From the IMG/VR virus record IMGVR_UViG_3300047499_000113, positions 62,001 to 126,000 of that record: a DNA stretch of 64,000 nt. The stretch is one strand, 5' to 3'. Positions within the stretch are counted from its first letter, which is position 1. Each line of letters opens with the position of its first letter. Made by a program: the position numbers and the translations under genes. Below are positions 9,958 to 18,836 of the stretch, piece after piece. The notes beneath the pieces are model-generated. The model did no database searches and was not told the DNA's origin. It was given only the letters and a program-made list of their open reading frames with translations.

Positions 9958-10647
9958 TTAGAAGCCGAACGCCTGGCCGCCCTGCGCCGTGAAGAGGCGC
10001 GAGCCCTGACCGAGCAGCGGGTTGTTACCCGAGTCGAGCAGGTCGCCGTACGTGTCGGCGGACGTGCCGTAGAGCGTCGTTCCGTCAGTCACGTCCGTGC
10101 ACGTGGCCGATGCGTCCTCGATGACGATGGCCGAGTCGCTCGGGTACGAGGCCGACATGCTGTTGAGCCAGCACGCCTCGTAGTACGTGATGACGCAGAG
10201 CGTGCCCGGGTCGGTGCCCGGGGTCACGACGAGGATCTGGCTCTGGTCGAAGTTCGTGACCAGCTCGGAGAACACCAGCTCTTGGCGGATGTCGAATGGC
10301 CACTTGTGCTGACGAAGCGAACGGACCATGCCGTCGACGCCGCCCTTGTACCCCAGCTCCTGCACGATGCCCGCGGTGTAGAGGAGCGTGCGGTTCAGGG
10401 TGAGCGTCATCGGCTCGGTCACGTTCGGCACCAGCTCGGCGATCTTGTCACCGAAGCCAACGCCACGCACCGGATCGATACCGCGGCTTTCCGACCAGTC
10501 GAAGGTCGCCAGCACGCCGACTTGCTTCTGCGTCGGGGTACCGGTGGTGTACGGAGTCGACCACACACGGTTCTTCTGCGAGATGGCCACCCGGGTGTTG
10601 GGCGAACTACCTCGGCGGTAGATATATGTGTCGGAATTGCCGCGCAT
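9958..10647 (-). CDS. Tail tube protein
   Basis: 229 aa: QVGVLATFDWSESRGIDPVRGVGFGDKIAELVP...LTLNRTLLY...YYEACWLNSMSASY...IVIEDASATCTDV resembles tube proteins; strong GGAGG/GAGGT RBS; upstream of chaperones and TMP. Confidence 0.8.
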   Translation of the reverse strand: MRGNSDTYIYRRGSSPNTRVAISQKNRVWSTPYTTGTPTQKQVGVLATFDWSESRGIDPVRGVGFGDKIAELVPNVTEPMTLTLNRTLLYTAGIVQELGYKGGVDGMVRSLRQHKWPFDIRQELVFSELVTNFDQSQILVVTPGTDPGTLCVITYYEACWLNSMSASYPSDSAIVIEDASATCTDVTDGTTLYGTSADTYGDLLDSGNNPLLGQGSRLFTAQGGQAFGF

Positions 10648-10707
10648 CTGCTTACCTCAGTCCTCCCTCGTCATAAACTCCTCATTGTTTATCTCAGAGG
10701 AAATATA

Positions 10708-11007
10708 ATGACTCCCCGTGAAGAGAACGCCCGGAAAGCGGCGCGGCGCCGATTTGAAGCCAGGAATCTTATCTTCCGCTTCAAGAAGAAGCACCCCAAT
10801 TGCAAAGACTGCGGCAATTCTTGGCATCCGTGTCAATTGGACTTTTACAGGCCAGAGGGCGGCCCGTCGCGAGCGATCTCCAGGCGTCTCTTACGCTCTC
10901 TCGAAGTCATTCAGCGCGACATGGAAGCGTGCGACTTGGTCTGTGCCAATTGTGGCCGCCTGCGCACGTGGCACGCGCAGAGGGCCAAGCGGGCAGGCCC
11001 GACGTAG
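10708..11007 (+). CDS. Degenerate HNH endonuclease-like protein
   Basis: ATG 10708 after AGAGG. CKDC...LDFYRP...CDLVCANCGRLRT aligns with the intact HNHs at 12456 and 13484 but lacks both His residues. The 5' part of the track ORF 9913..11007 is an antisense shadow of the tube gene. Confidence 0.6.
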   Translation: MTPREENARKAARRRFEARNLIFRFKKKHPNCKDCGNSWHPCQLDFYRPEGGPSRAISRRLLRSLEVIQRDMEACDLVCANCGRLRTWHAQRAKRAGPT

Positions 11008-11038
11008 GTCGCTTCGGGAGCGTTGTAAGATATTCCCC

Positions 11039-11425
11039 ATGCGACAAGGATACGAAACTGCACCCGAGTGGCTCGAAAGAGTCTCCACCTCCGCCGAAAG
11101 CTCACAGACGCGTCAGCTCGCGCGTTTCGCCCTCGACCAGTGGAACAGTCTGCTGCAGTCGTGGGAAGTGCGCGGCGTCAAGACGCGCAGGTCTCTCTAC
11201 GACCTGCTGTCCGGCATCCTGCAGATCGCCCGCACGCTCAAGCACCACCAGTATATGACGCCCGTCATCTCTGGCAAGGATACCTTCTATTTCCCGGTGT
11301 TCGCAGAAGCGTGCGATTACCGCGGCAAGAATCGCCCGCACGACGCGGTAGTGACTGGACTACCGGTCCTGTCGCATCGTCGGCCCCAAACCAAGAAGTG
11401 GGGCAACACGATCCTCAAGACCTAG
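11039..11425 (+). CDS. Hypothetical protein
   Basis: 128-aa ORF from ATG 11039 (MRQGYETAPEWL...) filling the gap; no motif recognised. Confidence 0.5.
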   Translation: MRQGYETAPEWLERVSTSAESSQTRQLARFALDQWNSLLQSWEVRGVKTRRSLYDLLSGILQIARTLKHHQYMTPVISGKDTFYFPVFAEACDYRGKNRPHDAVVTGLPVLSHRRPQTKKWGNTILKT

Positions 11426-12463
11426 TCACTCGACGACGTTGGCTTCCGCTTCGTAGCGGTCCAGCTCCACAGTCAGGCCGCGCATGAGCTGCTTGCGCAT
11501 GTCTTCCAGCTCGCGATGCTTTTGTGCCAGCTCTTGGAGAAAGAGCTGGACGTAGCGGTCCTGTACCTTGGGGTGCCTGTGCTCGATCTTCTCGCGCGTC
11601 TTGAGTAGGACGTCAGCAGCCTTCTCGAGCGCCTTGTCGATGGGAGGTAGCTTTCCGCGCGTCTTCTCGACAAAATCGACAATCGCCTTGTCGTATTCTT
11701 TGTCGTCGCCGTCGCGCTCGAGCTTCTCTTTCACCTGAGTCGTGATGTCCTGCTGGGCTTGCAGCCAACGCGCTGCGATGCGCGACGCCACCGACTTGTG
11801 AATCTGTCCGTCGTAGACGCCTATCGACTTCAGTAACTTCTCGTCGATGTCATTGCCGTGCATCCATTCGACGTTGTCCCCGTCACCATCCATCCAAACC
11901 GAAACGTCGACTCCACCGAGCGCCCCATGAAGAGCGTCGAGTACCTGCAGTCCCGTCATGACGGATGACGAAGTCAGTTTGGCCAGATCCTCTACAACGT
12001 CCTCGGTGAAAGGCACCAGAACGTAGGCGTCTCGACCCACACGGATCAGGTATTTCTGCGGATCGAGAGGATCTGGCGAAGGGCTGAATTTGCCGGCAGC
12101 CTCGGCTTCCTCGGCTCGGAGCCATCGGCTCGCGATGCGCGACGCCAATGTCACGCGGGTGGTAACGAGCGAACTCATGCTGTCCGTCCGAGGGTAACGC
12201 GCCCCGTGTCCTTGGAGCCAGGCGTCAGCAATCTTCGAGGCGGTGGTAGGCTCGGCCGGAGTACCCGTGCTCTTCTGTGCCCACTGGGTTTTGTCAGGCA
12301 TCTCGAACACGGTGCACCTGTATCCCTGAATAGTCAGATAGCCTGAGAATTTCGCCTCCTTCACTACTTCGGGAGGGAGCTTCTCAGGCTTCCAGGAGCC
12401 ATCAGGCTGCAGGCGAAATGCCACTCCCGGTTGCAGTCTGGGTTCTGAAGTCCCTTCAACCAT
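11426..12463 (-). CDS. Hypothetical modular protein with three ASxIAxxWL motifs (possible internal virion protein)
   Basis: 345 aa; ASKIADAWL, ASRIASRWL and ASRIAARWL separate apparent modules. Confidence 0.7.
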   Translation of the reverse strand: MVEGTSEPRLQPGVAFRLQPDGSWKPEKLPPEVVKEAKFSGYLTIQGYRCTVFEMPDKTQWAQKSTGTPAEPTTASKIADAWLQGHGARYPRTDSMSSLVTTRVTLASRIASRWLRAEEAEAAGKFSPSPDPLDPQKYLIRVGRDAYVLVPFTEDVVEDLAKLTSSSVMTGLQVLDALHGALGGVDVSVWMDGDGDNVEWMHGNDIDEKLLKSIGVYDGQIHKSVASRIAARWLQAQQDITTQVKEKLERDGDDKEYDKAIVDFVEKTRGKLPPIDKALEKAADVLLKTREKIEHRHPKVQDRYVQLFLQELAQKHRELEDMRKQLMRGLTVELDRYEAEANVVE

Positions 12464-12896
12464 TAGAGACCTCTGAGGTCAGATGCTGCCCTCGCCCATA
12501 GCTCCGAATGCGATGACAGTTTGCGCAAACAATATCACACTTGACGACCTCTGCCAGGATCCGGTCTCTACCCCATCGCTTGACACGGGGATGGGATAGA
12601 TTGATGATTTTATCCCCTCTATGATCAAAATCCATCACATAATGAGGAAACTCATTCCTGCAATCCGCGCAGGGCTTAGACTTCAGACTGCGAATAAATT
12701 CCGCAACATCTAGCCGACGAGCCTCTGCCTGGGCAAAGTACACAACTTTGTTTGCTTCGTAGTGGGATCTGCCGCTTTTCTTTCGGCATTCCACACAACG
12801 AGCCGACAGTCCATCCCGCTCGGACCAGTCAAAATGCTCTCGGTCAGCCGGTTTCGGTAGACCGCACTTGGTGCAAGTCTTGGAACCGGCTTCCAT
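12456..12896 (-). CDS. HNH homing endonuclease with N-terminal Zn-finger
   Basis: CTKC...CVEC N-terminus; CADC...MDFDH...CDIVCANCHRIR; visibly lower GC than the flanks. Confidence 0.85.
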   Translation of the reverse strand: MEAGSKTCTKCGLPKPADREHFDWSERDGLSARCVECRKKSGRSHYEANKVVYFAQAEARRLDVAEFIRSLKSKPCADCRNEFPHYVMDFDHRGDKIINLSHPRVKRWGRDRILAEVVKCDIVCANCHRIRSYGRGQHLTSEVSNG

Positions 12897-12899
12897 AGA

Positions 12900-13448
12900 T
12901 CACTTGCCCGACTCGACGTTTGTTTTATCGGAATGATGGCCCTTGCCACGACGGTCAAAGTAGTACGTTTTGTTAGAAGACTGGTCGCCGTAAAGGCCGT
13001 GGACCGCCTTCTCGATCTGCTCGAGCGGCTTGTCGAGGTCCTCCACCGTATCGACGCACTCGAAGACGCCGGCGGTCTTCTGGACGATGGTGGCGATCTT
13101 CGGGCGGAGGGCAGCGAACTGCGGGCGCTTGGAGATCTCGATGGCGCGCTGCAACCCGGCGAGGATGGACACGATCCTCGTGTAGTTGCGAGCGGCCGGC
13201 TCCGCGGCGCTCTTGAGCTTCTTGACCTGCTCGCCGATGAAGGAGATGTCGTCCTTCAGGGAGTTGTCGCCGTAGCTGCCGAACTCGCCCTTGTTCTTGT
13301 AGCCGGTCGGCTTCTCGATCTGGCCGAGCCACTGGACTTGGGCTTGGAGTTCGTCGCAGACGCGCTGGACCGCTTCCGACTGCGGATCGGTCTCGGCCAG
13401 GCGCCGGGCGGTAGCTTGGATGTTTCGGAGGCCGGTCTCGAAGTCCAT
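12900..13448 (-). CDS. Hypothetical protein
   Basis: 182-aa helical ORF with GAGGAA RBS and host-like codon bias. Confidence 0.75.
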   Translation of the reverse strand: MDFETGLRNIQATARRLAETDPQSEAVQRVCDELQAQVQWLGQIEKPTGYKNKGEFGSYGDNSLKDDISFIGEQVKKLKSAAEPAARNYTRIVSILAGLQRAIEISKRPQFAALRPKIATIVQKTAGVFECVDTVEDLDKPLEQIEKAVHGLYGDQSSNKTYYFDRRGKGHHSDKTNVESGK

Positions 13449-13483
13449 TGAGTTCCTCGTTCTCTGTGGATCAATGAAAGTTT

Positions 13484-13969
13484 ATGAAGTTGCCGTCGCG
13501 GGTCATGAAGTCGGTACAGTTCTTCATGACCATCAAGCACTGCCCGAAATGCGATAAAGACAAGTCTTTGGAAGACGATTTTTACAAGAATCGGTCCAAG
13601 AAGGACGGGCATCAGGCCATATGCAAAGAGTGCGTGGGGAAGAATACGAATCGATACTATGTTCGAAATAGGTCCCGGTTGAAATCACAGATTGAGGAGA
13701 GTAGGCTCAAGCGGGCAAAAGAGAACAAAGAATATGTCCTATCTTACCTGCGTGAGCATTCGTGCGTCGATTGTGGTGAAGGAGACCCCGTAGTGCTCGA
13801 ATTCGACCACATAGGCAAGAAAACACGCAACATTGCAGCTATGATCACCCGAGGCAACTCCATTGAAACAATTCAGGCGGAGATAGCCCAGTGCCAGGTA
13901 CGATGCGCTAATTGCCACCGGCGGAAAACAGCCAAGGACAAAGGCTACTTCCGGCTATCAGCCGCGTAA
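13484..13969 (+). CDS. HNH homing endonuclease
   Basis: CPKC...CKEC; CVDC...VLEFDH...CQVRCANCHRRKT; low GC. The true start may be ATG 13526 (MTIKHC). Confidence 0.87.
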   Translation: MKLPSRVMKSVQFFMTIKHCPKCDKDKSLEDDFYKNRSKKDGHQAICKECVGKNTNRYYVRNRSRLKSQIEESRLKRAKENKEYVLSYLREHSCVDCGEGDPVVLEFDHIGKKTRNIAAMITRGNSIETIQAEIAQCQVRCANCHRRKTAKDKGYFRLSAA

Positions 13970-15502
13970 AGCCTTCTTTAGCGGGATTATGTCAGCAGAT
14001 TCTTCGGCAGCGGCAACTGCGTGAACCTCTGCCTCAATCGTGTGATGACGCTTTGCGCGTTTCCCAATAGCATAATTGCGCATGACCTGCTCGGCCGCTG
14101 CATTCAGGTTGTCCGAGCTGAACTGGCAGGCGGTCCCATTCGGGCCACACTTGCCCTCGGCGACCGCACGGATGACCGTGGTCTTGGCGAGCAGGCGGAT
14201 GTACGCGCCAGTCAAGCCTTCCGTCATGTTGATGACGGTGGACCAGGTGTCCTGCGACACTGACGGATCCGGCGTGGCGTGGTACTCCGACAGGAAGCAC
14301 TTGAGCATGTTCGAACGATCCTCGGCGTCGGGCAGAGGAATCTCGAACTTTACGTCGAAACGACCGGGACGGTTGACGAGCGCCTCGTCCATTGAGGCGA
14401 TGTCGTTGGTCGAAGCCATCACGACTACCCCGGCGTTCTCTTGAGCGCCGTCGAGGCAAGCCAAGAACTCGTTGAGGACGTGCGTGTCCGAGCCGTACAG
14501 ACCGCTGCTGCGGTCGCGACCGAAGAGGTCCATGTCCTCGATGAAGACGATGCATGGTGCCAGCAGTCGTGCGGCCTGAAAGAGCGAGGTGACGTCGCTC
14601 GAGCGCTCGATGCTCTTGCCCGTGCACCAGATAATCGTCATCTTGCCGACGACTTCGCAGGACACGGCACGGAAGATCTTGGTCTTCGCCATACCGGGCG
14701 GCGAAATGAGGATGACGTTGGAGTTGGGGCACATGCCGAGCCCCTGGAGCTGCTCGGAGTGCTGCAGGACTTCCACCGTGCTCTGACGGATTCCGTCCTT
14801 GAGCAGCGGCTTGAGGATGATGCCAGACCATGGAGTCGGCGTCACTTCCATGAAGTCCAGGTGGCCGCGCACGTACGAGAGGCACTGGCGGTGATAAATA
14901 TCGTTCGCCAGGAGCGACGCGTTCATGTCGGCAATGAACTGCTCGGCCGCACCCTGCTGAGTAGGCGCTGCCATGACCGAAATCGAGCAGCCCATGCTCT
15001 CGAAGCAGAAGTCTGCGGTCACTACCAGGTGCGCGCCCGTACCGATGTGCTCGACAAAGAAGTTGCCGAACACGGGCAGCGTGACTTTGGTGTTCGGAGC
15101 GATGGTGATCTGCTCCGACTGGATTCGATATTGGTAGCTGCCCTTGAGCATGTCCTTGAATTCGTACTGATCCAAGAACGGAACGACCTTGTAAGTCGCC
15201 TGCTCGCCCGCGAATAGCCTCGAGAACGCCCACGCATTCAGGTCCCGGAAAACGGGCGGGAATGCCTGATTGAGCGTGACAACGGTGTGCAGCTCGCAGC
15301 CGAGCCACAGCTCCCGGATGTGTGCGTGAGGGTCTGCCGGTGCCCAACGAATTGGCCGCCTGGCGGCCATGGCACGCTGGTCGAGCTTGGCGAAATACGA
15401 GTCGAGGAGATAGTTGACCGCACCCGACACGGGCCCGGGAACCGCGTAGTCCACTTCCGCCAGCCTTCCAAGATATGCGGCAGCGGATCTGAGGGTGCCC
15501 AT
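13958..15502 (-). CDS. AAA+ ATPase (classical clade, FtsH/CDC48-like ATPase module) with unknown N-terminal domain
   Basis: Walker A variant ISPPGMAKT, Walker B IVFIEDMD, SRH ASTN...DEALVNRPGRFD with Arg finger; no TM segment or protease domain. Confidence 0.9.
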   Translation of the reverse strand: MGTLRSAAAYLGRLAEVDYAVPGPVSGAVNYLLDSYFAKLDQRAMAARRPIRWAPADPHAHIRELWLGCELHTVVTLNQAFPPVFRDLNAWAFSRLFAGEQATYKVVPFLDQYEFKDMLKGSYQYRIQSEQITIAPNTKVTLPVFGNFFVEHIGTGAHLVVTADFCFESMGCSISVMAAPTQQGAAEQFIADMNASLLANDIYHRQCLSYVRGHLDFMEVTPTPWSGIILKPLLKDGIRQSTVEVLQHSEQLQGLGMCPNSNVILISPPGMAKTKIFRAVSCEVVGKMTIIWCTGKSIERSSDVTSLFQAARLLAPCIVFIEDMDLFGRDRSSGLYGSDTHVLNEFLACLDGAQENAGVVVMASTNDIASMDEALVNRPGRFDVKFEIPLPDAEDRSNMLKCFLSEYHATPDPSVSQDTWSTVINMTEGLTGAYIRLLAKTTVIRAVAEGKCGPNGTACQFSSDNLNAAAEQVMRNYAIGKRAKRHHTIEAEVHAVAAAEESADIIPLKKALRG

Positions 15503-15578
15503 ATCCCTATCCTACCAGAAGAAGCTTAGGAAGCGGTTCGGAAGTGGCCGAGGAAATCCCGTAGAAAGGTTCGAAGTA

Positions 15579-15896
15579 ATGGGCACATCATACGCGAAAG
15601 TGATCTCGAAGTTCTACCGGCTCCGGATGGCCGAACAGCTTCAGGACTTTCTCGACTCGTTGCCCGTGCGTGGCGTGCACGAATCGCACATGGGCGACAA
15701 CATCTACATGGCCAAGGGAGAACTGCGTGTAGGGCACACGTATTATCCAGTGGGCATACGGATCTGGCTCAAGGCCGGGCAAGTCGTTGCGCACATCGAG
15801 GCTCCGGATGTTCACCTGTCGGTCTTCGCCGAGCCGTTCGACCCGTTCAAAACGGCCGAGCTAGTGCGGCTCGCGGCAATGAAGGCTGCGTCCTAA
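15579..15896 (+). CDS. Hypothetical protein
   Basis: ATG 15579 after GAAAGG; 105 aa (MGTSYAKVISKFYRL...). Confidence 0.6.
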   Translation: MGTSYAKVISKFYRLRMAEQLQDFLDSLPVRGVHESHMGDNIYMAKGELRVGHTYYPVGIRIWLKAGQVVAHIEAPDVHLSVFAEPFDPFKTAELVRLAAMKAAS

Positions 15897-16150
15897 CTCT
15901 CCATCACGTGCGCAACCTGTACCTCTTCGCAGGAGTATCCTTCCGGAGAGTCTTCTTCGGAGTCTTCCTCGGGGACCAGGTCGCGGAGACGCCCGCTGTG
16001 GTCTAGGTCGTCGAGGAAGACCTTCTCCGCGGGGTCCAGTTGAAGCTTGCTTCCGAGCGCGGCGCCGCAGTTCCGACAGCCCCAAACGGGGAGTCCGCCA
16101 TCTGCAGGGCCCTCGGAGTAACCGCCGGACAAATACCAGTCGTGCATCAC
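15893..16150 (-). CDS. Small protein with CxxC and C-terminal VAHVMES
   Basis: 85 aa; HDW...CRNCG, acidic linker; GTGA-coupled to the upstream ORF. Confidence 0.6.
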   Translation of the reverse strand: MMHDWYLSGGYSEGPADGGLPVWGCRNCGAALGSKLQLDPAEKVFLDDLDHSGRLRDLVPEEDSEEDSPEGYSCEEVQVAHVMES

Positions 16151-16506
16151 GACTCCATTACGTGAGCAACTAGCTCGAGTTCGAAGATCTCCTTGATCTT
16201 CTCCTGCGAGAGGCCGCCACGTAGTGCCGCTCGAATGCCTTCGCGGAGCTGGACCTCCGGCCGTTCGAAGTTTTTCGGCGAAGAGGAGGCGTAGAAACTG
16301 TCAATTTTGACAGTCGGATTGGGCTCGACGAAGAAGTCGGGATTGCGGACGCGATCCTCCGCTGCCCAAGTACCCAAGTGCTCGTTCTTCCACTCCGGGC
16401 CAGTGGTAGGAATCTTCTTGGGCTCGGGCTTGATCGGAAACTCATGCCCACCGATTTTGACCTTCCCCTCGCGAGCTGCCTTACGAAGAATATCTCTATC
16501 GTCCAC
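16147..16506 (-). CDS. Small protein with C-terminal VAHVMES
   Basis: 119 aa; ends ELELVAHVMES. Confidence 0.65.
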   Translation of the reverse strand: MDDRDILRKAAREGKVKIGGHEFPIKPEPKKIPTTGPEWKNEHLGTWAAEDRVRNPDFFVEPNPTVKIDSFYASSSPKNFERPEVQLREGIRAALRGGLSQEKIKEIFELELVAHVMES

Positions 16507-16530
16507 TTCGAAACCGTACAGTCCCCTCGA

Positions 16531-16776
16531 TTGGAAAAGCCCTGGCTCGTCTACATCCTCAAGTGTTCCGATGGCTCTTACTACACGGGGATAACCAACG
16601 ACCTAGCCAAGAGAGTCGAAAAGCACAATTCGGGCAGAGGGGCTAAGTACACGCGGACTCGAACGCCCGTGATACTCATGTACGCCAAGCCCGTGGGCAC
16701 GATGGTTGATGCAATGAGAGAAGAGCGTCGCATCAAGAAGCTCACACGCGAGCAGAAAGAGAAGCTCTTCACCTGA
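16531..16776 (+). CDS. Stand-alone GIY-YIG nuclease (YhbQ/UPF0213-like)
   Basis: WLVYILKCSDGSYYTGITNDLAKRVEKHNSGRGAKYTRTR...EERRIKKLTREQKEKL. Start taken as TTG 16531 (uncertain). Confidence 0.87.
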   Translation: MEKPWLVYILKCSDGSYYTGITNDLAKRVEKHNSGRGAKYTRTRTPVILMYAKPVGTMVDAMREERRIKKLTREQKEKLFT

Positions 16777-16813
16777 CGGAAATTGTAGCCGCCAGGATGT
16801 AGTATCTGTCGCG

Positions 16814-18385
16814 ATGTCTCGCGAATTCGAGAACGCGATGTGCGGCTACGCTGCCAGGAGTATCTTGAACGCGGACCGCCCGCTCGCGAGGCATGAGATC
16901 TTTCCCAAAGAAGGTATCTTTGCCGGGAGCCTGAGCAAGTCCTGGCAGAACCGCATTCTCGAGTGGTTCGTCAAAGACGGTCACGTCACAGAGCGAAAGC
17001 GCAACGGGGTCTTGCTTTACGAGGCCCGTAACAAAGCCGCGCTCGCGGACACTGCACGGGCCTGTCCGCCCATCGAGGAAGAAGAAGAGGAAGCGCCTAT
17101 GCGGACTGCAGGCTACAACAAGCAAGAATGGGACAAGTGGGCGAGGGTCACGGTTGCACTGCGTGCCCTCAAGCGGCTCCTGGCATCCCATCAGAGCGAC
17201 GGCGATTCGGCCAAGTGGCAGCCGCGGACCACACTCTTCATCGCCAAGAAGGGTGATAAGTTCCAGCAGCGCGCGGTCATGGACCCGAGCTGGCAGAAGG
17301 CGTTCCTCAACGAGTGCGTTGACAACGGCGTGCTCAAGATCAAGGACGAAGTCGGGATCCCGCTCTACGGGATCAAAAGCTTTGCCCGAGTCACCGGCAT
17401 CATCGAACAAAACAGCGAGCTTTGCGTACACACGCTCCTGTGGCCAGACACACCTTGCACCATCGACCACACGCGACTCCAGAACGACGAGGAGGAAGAG
17501 GAGTCAGAGGAGGAGACGGAAGAGTCGGAAGAGGAAGCTGGCGAGGATGAGGACGACAAGCCCGACGAGGACAAGGTCGAGGAGAAGATCCCTGAGGCTG
17601 CTGCGCAGCCTCAATTTCCCGCGCAGGTCCCGACCGTCGAACCCCACAAACCTGAGACGGACGAAGAGTCCAACGACAAAATGGGCGAATCGAACGAGGC
17701 ACTCGCTGCAATTCTCGACCTGGTGACGAGTGTGGCCGATAATCAATCCGCCGTCACGCGCACGATCGAAGCGAATAACCAGCTCCAAAGACGCCTCCTC
17801 GGCGAACTCGAACACCTGCATTCCAAGCTCGACAAGATCCACGACGAGAACGTGCACCTGCGCAAGGAGCACGAGGAGATGGGAGAGACGCTCGAGTCGA
17901 TGCAGGAGCAACTCAGCAAGGTCGCCAAGGCCATTAGCCCCGAGGAGTCTTCCATCAACGCCATTCGCAAGCGCCTGGGCGAACTGGAGAAGCTCTCGAA
18001 GGACCACGCCGACGCTCTGCACAGCAGCAACCAGCTGATGAAGGGAAGCCTGGCCGAGGCTGCAACAGCCATGGTCAACGCAGCGGCAAAGGCGTTCATC
18101 CAGACGGACCACTCGGCGGTGCTGATCAAGATGGAGACTGTCGAAGGCCATCTTGTCGAGGAACAGAGCCGCACGCAGCAGGTGCTGCGCGAAGTCTTCG
18201 AAGCGCTCGAGCGGGTGCGCGCCGAGTATAGGAGCAACACGCGGACGCCGGCCATCCTCGATCGCATGAACGCGATTGCCGAGGAGTTGCAACGGCTCCA
18301 GGGCCTTCTGCCGGGACTCAGCACCGATAATAGCGGCCTCAATCTCGTGAGCGACAAACTCGCCCGTGCGCAGGGTCGCCCGTAA
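16814..18385 (+). CDS. Tandem winged-helix-like domains + acidic linker + long coiled coil
   Basis: Two repeats, SWQNRILEWFVKDGHV...GVLLYE and SWQKAFLNECVDNGVL...GIPLYG; poly-Glu/Asp linker; heptad-rich C-terminal half. Confidence 0.75.
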   Translation: MSREFENAMCGYAARSILNADRPLARHEIFPKEGIFAGSLSKSWQNRILEWFVKDGHVTERKRNGVLLYEARNKAALADTARACPPIEEEEEEAPMRTAGYNKQEWDKWARVTVALRALKRLLASHQSDGDSAKWQPRTTLFIAKKGDKFQQRAVMDPSWQKAFLNECVDNGVLKIKDEVGIPLYGIKSFARVTGIIEQNSELCVHTLLWPDTPCTIDHTRLQNDEEEEESEEETEESEEEAGEDEDDKPDEDKVEEKIPEAAAQPQFPAQVPTVEPHKPETDEESNDKMGESNEALAAILDLVTSVADNQSAVTRTIEANNQLQRRLLGELEHLHSKLDKIHDENVHLRKEHEEMGETLESMQEQLSKVAKAISPEESSINAIRKRLGELEKLSKDHADALHSSNQLMKGSLAEAATAMVNAAAKAFIQTDHSAVLIKMETVEGHLVEEQSRTQQVLREVFEALERVRAEYRSNTRTPAILDRMNAIAEELQRLQGLLPGLSTDNSGLNLVSDKLARAQGRP

Positions 18386-18428
18386 ATTGTAGCAGTTGGT
18401 GAGTACCCTCTCGAGGTGAGAGATCTCG

Positions 18429-18836
18429 ATGAATCTCCGTGAAGCCATCCGCACAATCGTTCAGGAAGTCGCCGGCGAGGAGATTCGTCGCATAGTGCGA
18501 GAGGTCCTCCTCGAAGAGCTGATGGCAGGAGAGAGCCCCAGGACCGTCGCGGCCAAGAAAGCGGCGGCCACCAGGCGAGCGAATCTGGCCAGCAGGTCCG
18601 CTCCGACCGCGAGTCCGACCAAGATCCCGCATCTGGCTCGCAAGCACGGCGTGTCAGTCGGCCAGAAGTACAAGGGCAAGCATTGGGACCCCAAGACGAA
18701 GGACAGGGTCATCGAGGTGGCCAGGCTCGAGGACAAGGGAATCGTGCCCAAGATCTTGCAGTCGTCCTCCAAGCGCACCGCGGCCAAGCGGATCTCGTAC
18801 GCCCGGCTCATGCACTCGTACGACCGGGTGGAGTAA
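18429..18836 (+). CDS. Small basic protein with N-terminal amphipathic (dimerisation-like) helix
   Basis: MNLREAIRTIVQEVAGEEIRRIVREVLLEEL, Lys/Ala/Arg-rich linker, possible SH3-like C-terminus; GAGGTG RBS. Confidence 0.7.
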   Translation: MNLREAIRTIVQEVAGEEIRRIVREVLLEELMAGESPRTVAAKKAAATRRANLASRSAPTASPTKIPHLARKHGVSVGQKYKGKHWDPKTKDRVIEVARLEDKGIVPKILQSSSKRTAAKRISYARLMHSYDRVE

